A stretch of 64,000 nt of DNA from Felis catus. Taxonomy: Eukaryota. Both the position numbers and the translations under genes were made by a program. The stretch's first letter is position 1. Every line of letters starts with the position of its first letter. Positions 37,341 to 51,309 of the stretch are shown piece by piece. The notes beneath the pieces were generated by a model that saw nothing but the letters and a program-made list of their open reading frames with translations, did no database searches and was not told where the DNA came from. Location: contig NC_058384.1 in assembly GCF_018350175.1 (NCBI RefSeq), positions 67,146,001 through 67,210,000 on the forward strand, in the 5' to 3' direction.

Positions 37341-40300
37341 TTTACTTTGAAAGGTCAGGGGATAAATAGTATCTATACGACAGGCCACTCCTGGTCTATT
37401 GCATTTTATTTTCTCTATTCTAGGCCAGAACACAAAGCGTGAATCTGGAAGAAAAGTTCAATCTGGAAACATCAATGCTGCCAAGGTAGCATATCTTTAT
37501 TTAAAATCTCTACACCAAAGGGCGCCTGGGTGGCTTAGTTGGTTAAGCGGACAACTTCAGCTCAGGCCATGATCTCGCGGTTCGTGAGTTCACGCCCTGA
37601 GTCAGGCTCTGTGCTAACAGCTCAGAGCCTGGAACCTGCTTCAGATTCTGTGTCTCCCTCTTTCTCTGCCCCTCTGCTGCTCACGCTGTCTCTCAAAAAT
37701 AAATAAATGTTACAAATTTAAAGAAAAAAAAATCTCCACACCCAATGTGGGGCTCAAACTCATGACCCCGAGATCAAGAGTCTCATGCTCTTCTGACTGA
37801 GCCAGCCAGGCACCCCTAAAGTAGCTTATCTTTTAAGTAGTTTAGGGTATTATTTTGTCTCTAGCTGCCTTCCTTAGGATTTCTGTATCTATTCGCAAAT
37901 AGGCAGAGGAAATGTTGACTTCCCTTTCTTTCAGTACATGTCTCTGATGGTGGTAGGTGGAAGGAAGCCCTCCCTCAATGAGGCAGACCTAACAGTCTTC
38001 CCATATTCACTTGTGCATAATTCTGTTACCGTGTATAAGTTTTAGAGTCTTTTTGTGTTTGTCTCGCATGCTAGACTGGTTACTTGAGGGGAAGGACCGT
38101 GTTCCCATTTGTATTCCTAGTGCCCGCTGTAGAGCCTGGTTAGGTAGTCAGTAAATATCTTGGGATGAAGGAACGCAACAGCCCTAGACCTGAGTCAGTG
38201 GCGTGGAGGCCAACATCGTGGAAAGAAGTGCTCACGGGTAGATTTCCAGTTACCTGAGCTACTGAGAAACTGAAACTCTGGAAGGCATGTCCCCCTCTTT
38301 TCCTGGGAAAAATTATTTCTGTATACACCACGCTGAAGTCATTCCTTAAGGGGACACACAGCAGAATGGAGCCACATGGTGCCCTATGTCTCAGGTCATC
38401 AGCGTGGTGATCATCAGCGTGTGTGGTTATCAGCCTGGCTTTAGAGGGTTAAACACTGGCTCTGCAGGCTCCTCGTGTCCCTTCTCACACACATGTTTGC
38501 ACCGTCTCCTGATTGGTGGTTGCATGTTTTATGTTTTCCTTTCGACAGACCATTGCAGATATCATCCGAACATGTCTGGGACCCAAATCCATGATGAAGG
38601 TAGGCCTCTCATTGAAACTTTGTGACTACAGATTTTCCTTTTCCGTAATCTGGAACAATTAGGTAAAACTTTGGCTTTTCTCCTAGATGCTTTTGGACCC
38701 AATGGGAGGCATTGTGATGACCAATGATGGCAATGCCATCCTTCGAGAGGTTTGACTTTCCGTTTTGCTTTCTGATCATTTTATAAGGGGCCCGTAAGTC
38801 ATATATACACGATGATTAGTTTCTTAGGGCTGGTATAACAAGTTACCACAAGCGGGTGTCCGTAAAGAACAGAAATTTGTTCTCTTGTAAACTGGAGACT
38901 AGAAGTCCAAAATCAACTTGTCATCGGGACCCTACTCCTTCTGAAGGCTCTTGGGAAGAATCTTTGCTGCTCCTGGCGTCTGGTGGTTGACCACAACCCC
39001 TGACATTCCTTGGCTCGCTAGACTCTTGTCTCCTCAGTTGTTACATGCCATTGTCCTCTGTGTCTCTTGTTATAAGGACACTGGTGGTCGGATATAAGAC
39101 CTATTTTCATATCCTGTATGATCTAATCTTAACTTGATTATATTTGCAAAGACCTAGCTTCAAAAACATTTATGTTCACAGTTTCAGAGGGTAGGACCAA
39201 CACATCCTTTTGGAAAACAATCCAGCCACAACAGTGGTGCTCCTGGTAAATAAGCTGAAAGAATACCACTCCGTGTCTTCAAGAAACTTTAATAGCCAAG
39301 CTGGCAAATGCGTTTTTCCCCAAAAAGAAAGGGACTTGGGAAGAGGATTTACTTAGATATTTTGGGGGCCACTTTTAATCTTTCAAGCTGTAGTAGATAA
39401 AGGATAAAGGAGGAGGTATGGGAGTAAGAAGCCCGAGAGGACCAAGCACAGTGGGTTAAGAGGTCTTTGAGTCGTGTTGATTCAGTGGTAACCTACATTT
39501 TTATTTTAAGATTCAAGTCCAGCATCCAGCAGCCAAATCCATGATTGAAATCAGCCGGACACAGGATGAAGAGGTTGGAGATGGGACCACATCAGTGATT
39601 ATTCTTGGTAAGAGGAGAACAGGAGGTTCATAAGCAAAGTTGGAGTGAAACATGAAGATTTTTGCCCAGAATAGTATTTGTGTCCTATTTTAAGGAAACT
39701 GGTACCAATCCACTGGTTATAAATATTTAAATAATTTGTTGCTAATTTTCTGTGTGTTTTCTCCAATTGAGTGTAAAACGTTCATCATAGTATAGGACGA
39801 ACTGTAAAAGTCTGCTTGAACAAGATACAGAGCAGGTTCTTGTCATTCACGGTAGGTTGTATTCTATAAAGTCACCACAGACACTGAATTAGCAAATGCC
39901 ATTACTCCTGGGGAAACACAGGTTAGGCTGCTGTGAGCCTCTGTTCAGATACTCTTCAATTGATAAATAAATATATCTTGTTATATGAGGTTTTTTGTGT
40001 TATTCATTTGTCTTTTTTTGATATATGTATATTTTTAATGTTATTTACTTCTGGGAGAGGGAGACAGCACAAGCAGTGAAGGGGCAGAGAGAGGGAGACC
40101 CAGAATCCGAAGCAGGCTCCGGGCTCTGAGCTATCAGTACAGAGCCCCATGTGGGACTCAAACCCACAGCCATGAGATCGTGACTTGAGCCAAAGTCAGA
40201 TGCTTAATCGACTGAGCCGCCCAGGAGCCCCTGTTTTATTCATTTATTTTTCAAGTAATCTCCACCCCCAGCATGGGACTGGAATTCACGACCCCGAGAT

Positions 40301-43300
40301 CAGCACTTGCGTGCACAATCAGCTGAGCTGTCCAGGTGCCTCCTTTCTGTTTGTTTTAAAGACACCTTATGTGGTACGTGTTGCTGATTCCTTAACGTTG
40401 AATTCACAGCAAGTAGCATTATTAACTCCGGCCAGAATGGAGCTTGTCTAATGTGTTTTCTCTGTAAGGCCCGTCACAGCCTTCCTGCGCTTAGGAAAAC
40501 TAGGCTATACTTCAGTGCCATACCTAGGGGTCATTTTAAACAGTGAAATCACCAACAAAATGTGTAAAAATGTGAAATTAAATATACCACATAAAGTATG
40601 AGAGCTGAAACAAGGCATAGCGTTGCCTTGGTTGACCTCAATCTGAAAATTAATGAGTCAGGTGACAAAAATTTTTCACCTGTGCACCTGTGTGTGAGTG
40701 ACCAGGAAAGTGCCCCAAGTGAGTGCTGATTTGCAGCTTGCGGGTAACATTGTAGCCAGTGGTTAGGTTGACAGATGCAGAACTTTGACAACACGTCTCG
40801 ACCAGACGAGTTGGTAATGGTCAATCTTCAATTTTCTATAGGATTGTAAAAGATCACTTCTGAAAACTTGATGTGCTGCCTTTATTTGCCGTGAACACTT
40901 TACGTTGATGGTAGAAGTTTCTGATAGAGGCGTTCGGGGCTCCCTGGGTGGCTCAGTCAGTTCAAGCGTCCAACTCTTGATTGTGGCTCAGGTCATGGTC
41001 TCAAGGTTCGTGCATTTGAGCATGGGCTCCCAGTTGGGCTCTGTGCTGACAGCTTGGGATTCTCTTTCTCCCTCTCTCTCTCCCCCTTTCTCTCTCTCTC
41101 CCCAAACAAACTTCGAGAAATTTTATAAACAGGCGTTTGTTGTGTAAAATCTGATTGCAGCAACACATTGTCAGGAAATGAGAGCTAGGTTAGGGGGTGC
41201 CAGTTTACACTGTTGGCCCACATGCCTAAAGATGGAGTCCACACAACAGAATTATTATAGGAGCTTCTTAAAAAGTGACACTTTGGGGGCGCCTGGGTGG
41301 CGCAGTCGGTTAAGCGTCTGACTTCAGCCAGGTCACGATCTCGCGGTCCGTGAGTTCGAGCCCCGCATCAGGCTCTGGGCTGATGGCTCGGAGCCTGGAG
41401 CCTGTTTCCGATTCTGTGTCTCCCTCTCTCTCTGCCCCTCCCCCGTTCATGCTCTGTCTCTCTCTGTCCCAAAAATAAACGTTGGAAAAAAAAATTTTTT
41501 TTTTAAAAGTGACACTTTGAATTAGTTCTGGAATGTGTTGATGGAGATGGACTTAAGTCATCACCAGCTAAGCGCCTCAGACCCAGTTCTTTTGAGGATT
41601 GAAAAGTACATGTGGCTGGTTCTGTGCTTTGAAGAAAAACTTGGAGGATGAAAGAGGGAGGACAGACGTGGTGGGATTCTGGGATTCTTTGGGTTGTTGA
41701 GGAGCACTAGATATCAGGCCAGATTTTCTAGCTAATAATCTTAGTTCAATCTCCTGGTGAGATTAGGCAGGTTAGGTATGTATTAATTTGTGTGTGTATG
41801 AAAAAGGAAAGACAAATTTTTAAGTAGGGGGACATTCCACGAATAATCTCTCATCCAGAGGATAAATTTTGTACAGTTTTATGGCTGTGTTTCTAGGTAT
41901 AAGGAAACCTGTGTTTTTGTTTTTAGTACCAGCAGTTGGACTGTATCCTAGGTGTTTAGATGATGGTAAACAAGTCTGTTTTCCTTTATACATTTTTCCT
42001 TGTTTAGAGACTTTGAAACACAAGTGTTTCCTTTTGTTTAGAAAACTGGTGACAAATATTAGATCAAGAGAATAAAACAGCTTCAATCTTCGATCATTTG
42101 AAATGTGTCTGGCAAGGGTTACTTTCTTTATGAATCGCCTTGTAGAAAGTGTGAAGTTCGGCATGGTTATCAACAGCCAAATGGCATGGCTTTTGGGAGA
42201 GTCTATTTAGGAAAAAAGGTATTTTTAGAAGCTTGACGAAGTTGCCTTGAAGTCTAGGTATTTGTAAGTAACCTCACGGCATCTGTGTCTTTTTCAGCGG
42301 GGGAGATGCTGTCTGTGGCCGAGCACTTCCTGGAGCAGCAGATGCACCCGACGGTGGTGATCAGCGCTTACCGCAAGGCCCTGGACGACATGATCAGCAC
42401 CCTCAAGAAAATCAGGTACTGAGGACACCAGCAGTGGACCATCAGACGTGGGAGGCCTGGAAGAGCCATCTCTTCTGAGGTGACGAAGGCAGGCCAGGCA
42501 CGTCCCACGGTGGTTGGTTTGTGAGGGAGACACAGAGGAGAGCAAAGCGAAGAGAGGATAAGGGAAGTAAATGTTTTAGAAAATGACAAAGGATACGGGG
42601 CAGACAGAAGGAGCTCGTTCAGTGCTTCAGGGTATCTTGTGGCTCCACGCCGTTTGCTTATTTCCATGTTAGGCACTGCCACAGAAAATGTGTAGCAAAA
42701 CCGACCCTTCCCGAATTTTAGCTGCTGGTGTGGGGAATAAACTGAAGAGTTAGATGAGTGTAATTATTCAGGACCGAATGTAAAAATGTCCCACCATCAA
42801 GTATGATTATAACTAATACCGTAACTAGAGATCGCAGTCCGATCTGAGCAAGTGCTGCCCTGGTGGCAGCCAGCAGTTTTCCGTTCAGATCACAAGGAGT
42901 GGGACTGGAAATGCTGTTAGAACCCCGTGTGGGAATCCAGGCACTTGCTGTCCGTGCAGAGCGCTGACAGGGTCACGAATGCGGTATAGAAACGCAGGCC
43001 TTCTAATGTCAGAGGATGTTAGGTCATGACCGTGCAGAATGCAAAATGTCTTCCACGAAAAATTTTTGTTTAAAGAGGAAAAGCTGTGATCGACTCTCCT
43101 GTGGTTGGGTCGTTGGGTCGTCGGGTACGTAGGGGTCAAGTAATTCGGTGAGCTTTGTCCCGTACTGCCTGTCGTGAGGATGAAAAAGCAGCGTATGGCA
43201 ACGTGTGTGGCAGTCTGAGGGAATGCCGTGTTTGCCTTGAATTGTTTTTACGAAAGAAGCTGTGGAAGAATGTAGAGATGACCAAAGGGTGTGTTGAGTT

Positions 43301-46300
43301 TGTGGAGCTGAATTGCTAGAAAAGTTTTCCTTCTCATCAAGCAGTAATGGTCTAAATCCCTTAGATAATACTTGGGGAGCACTTGCTTCTCCTCTAAAAC
43401 CCATAATGCAACTGTGCAACGATTGCAGTGTGTGAAAATTTGGGCAGGATGGCATCCGAGGCCTCTTACAGCTTCATTTTAGGGTTCTAAGTAGACTTCT
43501 GTACAAATTTACGATCTGGTGAGGGAAAACTAAACACACGAACACGGCACTATGGCACAGCATGAAGTAAGATGCTGGATAGAATAGAATGCAGATGTTC
43601 GGGTGGATAGTAACGACCGACGGTGAGTGTCAGATGAGCTCTCAGAATTTGCTGGTTGTGGGATAAGGCTTCAAAGACCAAATGTGTCTTGACCCAAGTT
43701 AGACAAGTTGAGTATATTTGGTTGAAGCAGAAGGTAAAGAACAAATTATTTTCTGTAAACTCTGCAGGGTGGTCAGCCGTGGGAACCCATGACACAGGGA
43801 TTTGAGACAGCTTCCAGGGATGGGTTAGTTACGATCTTGCTGAAAGGCAGAGGGATGGACGGTTCTGACTCGTGGCCCACTGTGGTCCCCGAGCTGTAGA
43901 TCAGGCACTTCCTTAAATATCCAAGGTCTCTGCTGAGCATAGCACCTGTTTTCTTTTCTCCAGTACCCCTGTTGACACCAATAACCGAGATATGATGCTG
44001 AACATCATCAACAGTTCTATTACTACCAAAGCAATCAGTCGATGGTCCTCTCTGGCTTGCAACATTGCCCTAGATGCTGTCAAAACTGTGCAGTTTGAGG
44101 AGAACGGTCGCAAGGAGATAGACATCAAGAAATACGCAAGGGTAGAAAAGGTAAACTCTTTCGATGTGTGTTTTTTTTAATGTTATTTTAGAGCGAGTAG
44201 GGGAGGGACAGAGAGAGGGCGAGACAGGATCTGAGCAGGCCCTGTGCTGACAGCAGAGGGACAGTTGTGGGGCTCAGACTCAACAGACGGTGAGGTCGTG
44301 ACCTGAGCCAAAGTTGGAGGCGTAACTGAGCCTCCCAGGCGCCCTTCGATGTGTGTTTAGAAGACAAGTTATTCCCTAGTAGGAGCCTTCCCACTTGTGG
44401 AGGAAATGTGTTTAAATCGGCACAAGATGTCATTGTAGTTAGAACAACACTTATTTGTTGCCTTGAAAACAGAAACTTGAGAGTCCCAGGGAGGTATTCC
44501 CAAAATAGTTCTGTTCCCTTCAGTGCTGTTCTGAACGAGGTTTCCAGGGACTAGAGAAGCGCTTAGTGGTGTCTCCTTGTTCGTGCCTTTACATATGTCC
44601 GACACTTGGTGGGGATGGGACACAAAGGCTCTGCACTGTCTAAGCTTCAGAAAGCCTTCTCTACTCCTTTAAAGTCCAAAAGTAGCATTAATAGTGTGGC
44701 CTGTAGATGGAGCCCCAAGCCTGGAAATTCTGTGGGAATCTCTTTCAGGAAGTAGGAGAGACCTGCAGCCCTTTAAATCTTCGTCAGTCACTGAATTTCA
44801 TTTGAGTCTTAGCCGATCTTGAGACTGGCTGTCATGGTCCGAGATTGGTATGCTTCCTAGAGGGGAAAAAATGTGATTGCAACCATATTTGTTGTTGAGG
44901 TTCAAGGAAGAAAGCGATGTTGGAAACCTAGAATAGTGGTCATTTGGGGAAGATAAATGTCTGGGAGGGGGTTGAGAAATTGTCTCCTCCTGGTCATGGA
45001 TGGAAGTGGATCTTTTTTGCTCAGATACCTGGGGGCATCATTGAAGACTCGTGTGTCTTACGGGGAGTCATGATTAACAAAGATGTGACCCATCCACGAA
45101 TGCGGCGTTATATCAAGAACCCTCGCATTGTGCTGCTGGATTCCTCTCTGGAATACAAGAAAGGAGAAAGCCAGGTAAGGTTCCTGGTCTTTTTCCTTAA
45201 AGTCGGTGTAAGAATCTGACTGCTGATAGGGATAAGGGAAATAAAAGATATGTCTGTTACGTTGTAGATTCTGTGTCAATTACTGACCTTTATGCGTGAT
45301 CTCTGATTTTACAAGAACTTTTTGTTGTTGTTGTTGGTTTTGAGAGAATGAGAGTGCGTCCGTGTGAGCAGGGGGAGGAGCAGAGGGACAGAAAGAGAGA
45401 GAATCTTAAGCAGGTTCCATTCCCAGCACAGAGCCTGACAGGGCTCCGTCTCACAACCCTGAGATATGACCTGAGCTGAAACCAAGAGTCGGATGCTTAG
45501 CCCATTGAGCCATCCAGGCGCCCCTTTTATAAGAACTCTTGGACATAGTTAATATTGACCCCAGTTTTACAGATGAGGGATCTAAAGCTCAGAGAAGTTT
45601 GGGTAATTGTTTGGGGAATACAACTGGTATCGACCAAGTCAGTATTTGAACCCAGCTCTGTTGGCTTCAGTTCCACACTACCACACCACCTTTCCCAGTG
45701 CCTGAGTGGAATATAGAGTGGGAATTAATGTAGCTGGGAAACGCTAAAGAAGAATTTCCAGAGGGCAGGAGGGTCACAAGGCTCTATCACCCTCGGATAG
45801 AATAAAAGTGATTGGAGCTTGTTAACACGAGAATTGGGAAGAAGATTTAGTTTATTGGTGGGAAGAATTAAGACCCAGAGTTACCATGCAGGGTAGATGT
45901 AATGTCGTACTGAGTGGTCAGAGACCTTAGGCCAAAATCTCCACTGATGGCCTTTGACTTTGAATCCTAGTTGAGGAGTACTTCAATGAAGGAGTTCAGC
46001 TGGAGTTCTTGAGCTAAACTAGCTTACAGAGGCGTGGGCTCCTGGCTTCAGCAGGACTCTGACTCACTTCTGGGGTGCATGAGAGGACTCGGTAGAGGGG
46101 CCTGATACTGGGCACATCTGAGATTTTAAGTCTGTGACTTTTCTTCACCACGCAGACGGACATTGAGATCACACGAGAGGAAGACTTCACCCGGATCCTC
46201 CAAATGGAAGAAGAGTACATCCAGCAGCTGTGTGAGGACATCATCCATCTGAAGCCCGATGTGGTCATCACAGAAAAGGGCATCTCGGGTAGGACTCTGT

Positions 46301-49300
46301 TCGTTTTTCCAACCTCTTTTTGAGGTAGAAGAGGGTGGACAGGTTGGCAGAGACGGCAGGGTGAACGTGGTAGTTAGGGTGCATTGAGGATGCAGCCAGG
46401 TCGGAGCCCAGGAGTTCTGGCCTCCCTCTTGACCCCTCTGCTCTTGGGTTTACAGATTTAGCTCAGCACTACCTCATGCGGGCCAACATCACGGCAATCC
46501 GCAGGGTTCGGAAGACAGACAACAATCGCATTGCTAGGTGAGTAGGCCACGTAAAAATAAGATTCTTCCTTCCCGTGGGTTCGCCTTGTGTAGCTTTATG
46601 ATATCGTTGCTGTCTCTGAGAAAGTTTAGCGCCGGATACGGTCAGCCGTGTCAGTTACAGGTGGAACCAACCTGGGTTTTACTGTGTGGTCCCTGAGAAA
46701 TTCTCTAGTCTGGCAATTATCTACTGCAGGAATCTTTTTTATACTGCTGCTAACCAGTAGGGAACAGCTTATGCTTAGACTCCTGTGGTCTCTACCTTGG
46801 GGTCCATGACTGTCTGTCTAAACCACATCAGTTTCCTTGAGGGGATCTTCAGCTGCTGTTAATGCAGCTTAAGATTGTTGTTCCTACTTTTGCACTGGTG
46901 TCTGTGCTCACCTATCATTCATTCTTAATATTAATTTATATTTTAAAGAGAGGTCTACCGCAATATCACCTACCCAATCCAAATCAAGTTTTATATTTCT
47001 GCTAACTCTGAAATGGCTCTGGGCACACATAGTTGACGACGTGCCCAGGAGTGGGTACATGTTAGGTATACTGAGAACTCACTTGTCTAAATTTTATTAT
47101 CACAAAATATACTTAAATTAAACTGCGTCTGGTTATAATAGTTGTCTTAGGTACATACGCTTTTATTTGTAAAGCCTCGTTAGTTTAAGGAAACTTTGCC
47201 TACATATGTTCGAAAACCAACTTGCTAGGCAGCCAAGACCTCTCTAGTTATGTAGCAGCGTTTCCAGCAATCCGTGTTTGGCCCTCTCCCCAGCCACAGA
47301 CCCTAGGGACTAGGAAGATGAGTAAAAGTACCTGAAATCCCCTCCCCTTCCCATCTAATCACTAGAGCCTGCGGGGCCCGGATAGTCAGCCGGCCAGAGG
47401 AGCTGAGAGAAGAAGATGTTGGGACAGGAGCAGGCGTGTTGGAAATCAAGAAAATTGGAGATGAGTATTTTACATTCATCACTGAGTGCAAAGACCCCAA
47501 GGCCTGTACTATTCTCCTCCGTGGGGCCAGCAAAGAGATTCTCTCGGTGAGTCCGCCTTCGAGGTCATTCCGTTTCTTGAGAGATTCCTAGAAGGCCTGA
47601 AATTTTCCTGTTACCCTTTCATAGCTATTTAATTTTTGACACATGGCCAAAACTTTAACTTCTTCTAAAATTAAAGCAATTTTGGGGGCACCTGGCTGGC
47701 TTAGTCGGTAGAGTGTGTGACTCTTGACCTTGGGTTCATGAGTTCAAGCCCCACTTTGGGTGTACAGATCATTTGTAAAATTAGTTAACTAAATTAAAAG
47801 TCTGTAAAGAGTAATAAAAATTATCTTAACCATTTTTAGGTGTATAGTTCAGTATACATTCACATTCTTGGGCAATAGATCTTCAGAACTTTGTCGTCTT
47901 GCAAAACTGCGACATTACATCCATTCAACAATGACTCATCATTTCTCCAGCCCCCAGCAACCACTGCTTCCTTGTTTATAAAAGATTGTTTTTCAGGGGT
48001 TTTTTTGTTTATTTATTTTTGAGAGAGAGAGAGAGAGAGAGACAAAGAGCATGAGCAGAGGAGGGGCAGAGAGAGAGGGAGACTCAGAATCTGAAGAAGG
48101 CTTCAGTCCCCGAGCCGGCAGCACAGAGCCTGACGTGGGGCTTGAGCTCACAAACTGCAAGATCATGACCTGAGCCGAAGTCAGATGCTTAACCGACTGA
48201 GCCACCCAGGCGCCCTGTAAAAGATTTTTTTAATGCTTATTTATTTTTGAGAGAGAGACAGAGCATGGGGGTGGGGGAGGGGCAGAGAGAGGGAGACACT
48301 GAATCGGAAGCAAGCTCCAGGCTCCGAGCTGTCAGCACAGAACCCAACGCGCGGGGCTCGAACTCAGGAACTGGGAAATAATGACCTAAGCCGAAGTCGG
48401 ATGCTTCACTGACTGAACCACCCGGGCGCTCCTCAATTTTTAAGTTAAAATGACAATTCTCGCTTTTGTTCCTCAGGTTAAGTAACTTACCCAAAGGTAC
48501 ACAGCGAGTATAGTGGGCGTGGCCCAACATTGCCGAGACACGCCCACTTCTTGGCTCTCTTGCAGTTGTCATTCATGCGTTTTTTCCAAACCAGAGGCAG
48601 CTGCCCTGCCCGGCAGGGGTTCCGAGGAACTTTCTTATCTGCCCTGCCTGTTAGTGGGAAGCCCTCCAGTGCCTCCGACGCATTCCTGAGTCCTCGCGCT
48701 TTCTACATGCTGTGTGTTCGCTCTCCGCAGGAAGTGGAGCGCAACCTCCAGGACGCCATGCAGGTGTGCCGCAACGTCCTCCTGGATCCCCAGCTGGTCC
48801 CCGGGGGCGGGGCCTCTGAGATGGCCGTGGCCCAGGCTTTGACAGAAAAGTCCAAGGCCATGACCGGTGTGGAGCAGTGGCCGTACAGGGCTGTGGCCCA
48901 GGCCCTAGAGGTCATTCCTCGTACCCTCATCCAGAACTGTGGGGCCAGCACCATTCGTCTGCTTACCTCCCTTCGGGTGAGTCCCTCCCCTGCTTTCTCC
49001 TGACGGGGTAGGGGCACCTGCCTGGCCCGAGAGGCTGGTTCACATCTGTCCACCGGCTTCTCCTGACCTCAGGCCCATTCCCGTAAAGTGTCCTCTCTCG
49101 GCGTTGGACTCGTTTGCCGTCATTGCCATTTCCGTTTGTCATTTCAGTCTTTTGGGTTTAGTGTTCGGTTGGTTTCGTTTTGTTTCGTTACGTAATGTTC
49201 CCTGCCAGCTCACTTGTTCCTGGTGTTTCCCCTTTAACTGGTGATGCTCCTTCCAACCACAGGCCAAGCACACCCAGGAGGGCTGTGAGACCTGGGGTGT

Positions 49301-49806
49301 GAACGGGGAGACCGGCACTCTGGTGGACATGAGGGAGCTGGGCATCTGGGAGCCCCTGGCTGTCAAGCTGCAGACCTACAAGACGGCAGTGGAGGTGAGG
49401 CGCCCTGAGACCTAGACTGCGCCGTTTCTTTGCAGAGAAGCAGAAGCCAGGGTGCTTGGTGCAGTCTGGAAGGGAGGGGTATAGTATGGAAGGCAGAGTA
49501 TTCTCCAGAGGTCAAGGAATTCGCCCCCTGCTTCGCCCATGCGGAAAGCAAGGTGACCTAGCATAAGCCGCATCCCCTCTGGAAAGGTGGATTTCAGATA
49601 AAATGCTAATTACGTAGGAGGAGCTAAGTGTTGCCTTTAGAAGAAAACAAGTGTCCCTCCGCTCTCTGCTGACCTCTGTGGCGCTGTGGTGTTTCTCCTA
49701 GACGGCAGTTCTGCTACTGCGGATTGATGACATCGTCTCCGGGCACAAGAAGAAGGGTGACGACCAGAGCCGGCAGGGCGGGGCCCCCGATGGCGGCCAG
49801 GAGTGA
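35596..49806 (+). CDS. CCT3: T-complex protein 1 subunit gamma (CCT/TRiC chaperonin), 14 exons, 545 aa
   Basis: Exons 35596-35626, 37424-37485, 38549-38599, 38687-38749, 39511-39607, 42298-42415, 43964-44150, 45025-45174, 46156-46288, 46456-46537, 47366-47546, 48731-48976, 49263-49394, 49702-49806; total 1638 nt. Starts [23 protein letters not shown]; contains [15 protein letters not shown] and VPGGGASE chaperonin motifs. Confidence 0.99.
37295..37339. repeat. (GT)n microsatellite in CCT3 intron 1
   Basis: About 22 uninterrupted GT units. Confidence 0.95.
37495..37816. mobile_element. CAN-SINE (+, ~37519-37730) nested in an older short antisense SINE, CCT3 intron 2
   Basis: AAATCTC.ACACC.AA flanks the inner element, and the outer SINE resumes at ~37745. 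Confidence 0.85.
38814..39235. mobile_element. MaLR LTR (MLT1-like) in CCT3 intron 4
   Basis: TTAGTTTCTTAGGGCTG.TATAACAAGTTACCAC...AACAGAAATTT...CTGGAGACTAGAAGTCCAAAATCAA is the typical MLT1 pattern. Confidence 0.75.
39828..40815. mobile_element. TcMar-Tigger DNA transposon relic (MER82-like) split by two antisense SINEs (~40035-40232, ~40240-40341)
   Basis: TTCTATAAAGTCACC...ACACTGAATTAGC...CTCCTGGGGAAACACAGGTTAGG on the left, resuming as TTTAAAGACACCTTAT...CACAGCCTTCCTGCGCTTAGG after the SINEs; family assignment from memory. Confidence 0.6.
40936..41505 (+). mobile_element. Two CAN-SINEs in CCT3 intron 5 (older ~40936-41110; young 41285-41505)
   Basis: The young copy has TSD AAAAGTGACACTTT. 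Confidence 0.92.
44170..44345 (-). mobile_element. CAN-SINE about 20 bp downstream of the CCT3 exon 7 donor
   Basis: TSD TTCGATGTGTGTTT. Confidence 0.88.
45320..45524 (-). mobile_element. CAN-SINE in CCT3 intron 8
   Basis: Antisense SINE with TTTTA(C/T)AAGAACT duplication. Confidence 0.88.
47995..48432 (-). mobile_element. Two tandem CAN-SINEs in CCT3 intron 11
   Basis: Two antisense bodies; TAAAAGATT flanks the left copy. Confidence 0.9.
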
Positions 49807-50011
49807 GTGGTGGGCAAGGCGGCCTCAACGCACAGAGCCAGCACAGGCTCCCTCTTCCCTGAGCCAGACTGCCAGGGACACTGGATGTCTTTGTTTGGAG
49901 GGATCAGGTTGAGGGGCGGCCCGGCCCCTTTCTGTCCCAGCTCGGTTCGCAAAAGGCGCTGACACGTAATTCCTCTCTATTGTAAGCTTTCCACTTAGTT
50001 TGCTTCCGATG

Positions 50012-50017
50012 ATTAAA
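50012..50017 (+). terminator. CCT3 poly(A) signal ATTAAA
   Basis: About 205 nt after the stop, followed by a GU/U-rich tract (GGTTGTTATGTGTTTTT). Confidence 0.75.
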
Positions 50018-50224
50018 TCTAAGTCATTTGAGATGGTTGTTATGTGTTTTTCAACCTGGGTCGTATCTCTGCCTCCTGGCAAAGAGGGAGGAGGCAGAAG
50101 ACTGTCCTGGGGAGGGAGGGAGGGAGGGGAGGGATGGGAATGAGGTAAGTGCCTCCTTGAAGGTATTTTTCAGACCTTCTCAGAGATGCTGGTTGGGAAG
50201 ACTCTGGGAGTTCAAGGGATCGTA

Positions 50225-50435
50225 CTTTATTTTAAGTTTTTTAATGTTTATTTACTGTCGAGAGAGAGAGCATGAGCGGGGGAGGGGCAGAGAGTGAGGG
50301 AGACAATGAATCGGAACCAGGCTCCAGGCTCCAAGCTGTCGGCACAGAGCCTGATGCGGGGCTCAGACTCACGAACCCTGAGATCATGACCTGAGCTGAA
50401 GCCGGACGCTTAACGACTGAGCCCCCAGGCGCCCC
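50225..50435 (-). mobile_element. CAN-SINE downstream of CCT3
   Basis: Antisense SINE body. Confidence 0.9.
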
Positions 50436-51309
50436 AGAGGCTCATACGTTAAAGCTTGAAAAAGCACCGCTTTGTGTTCACCACCCCAAGAACAGGAGGA
50501 ACCTGTCCAGACCGTGGGTGTTCCCCACGTGTGGCTGTGTGTAGAGTAACACCCAGTACGTGCCAGGGCTCAGGCACTTGTCCTAAAAAACAACATGCGT
50601 TTTTTCTATCGTGTCCCGTAACTTCTCAGAATCCCTCCTATCTTACCTGGAACTCTCCTCTGCCGCTGCTCTTTCTGGCGGCAGTCTGTTCTCTGTTCTC
50701 CTTGTGTCACAGGCCGGCCTCCGCTTCCCCTGCCGGCAGGAACAGAGGGTTTCGTCTCACTTCGTGCTTTGTTTTTATCCAGGGAAAAAGTGGTGGCCGT
50801 GGGATGCTGGAGGCTAGGTGGGGCTAGCCTTTGGTTTCTTCGCTGCCCTTCCTCTTGGCTACTGGGCCTTCCACGTCCCCCTTGTCCTTATGATTCATAC
50901 ACTCAGCCTTTATCTCCTCCCTGATCTCAGGACTTAGTCACGTTAGGTTGAATACTAGGTAGAATAATGGCACATAGTCCCTCCCGTGTGATAAACGTTC
51001 TAGCCAGTTTGCACATACCGGCTAATCCTCACAAGACTAAGACTGGCAACATCCCCCGTTTTACAATGGAGAATCTGCCTGACAGAAAGCTGGTGAGTGG
51101 AAGACGGAATTGCTGCGTGGGGAGTCTGGCTCCAGAGCCGTGTTCTCAGCCGGCCGTGCTCCCCGCATAGGAGGCGCGATGGGGCTCTGGAGGCCTCTTG
51201 TCTGTTCACACCCCGGTCTGGCTTCCTGCTCAGCCCACTAGGAGGTCGTTGGCTTTTCCTCTCCTCTGAGGGGATCTGAGATAAGCCTGTTTTTTCCTGA
51301 AATCCCTGC

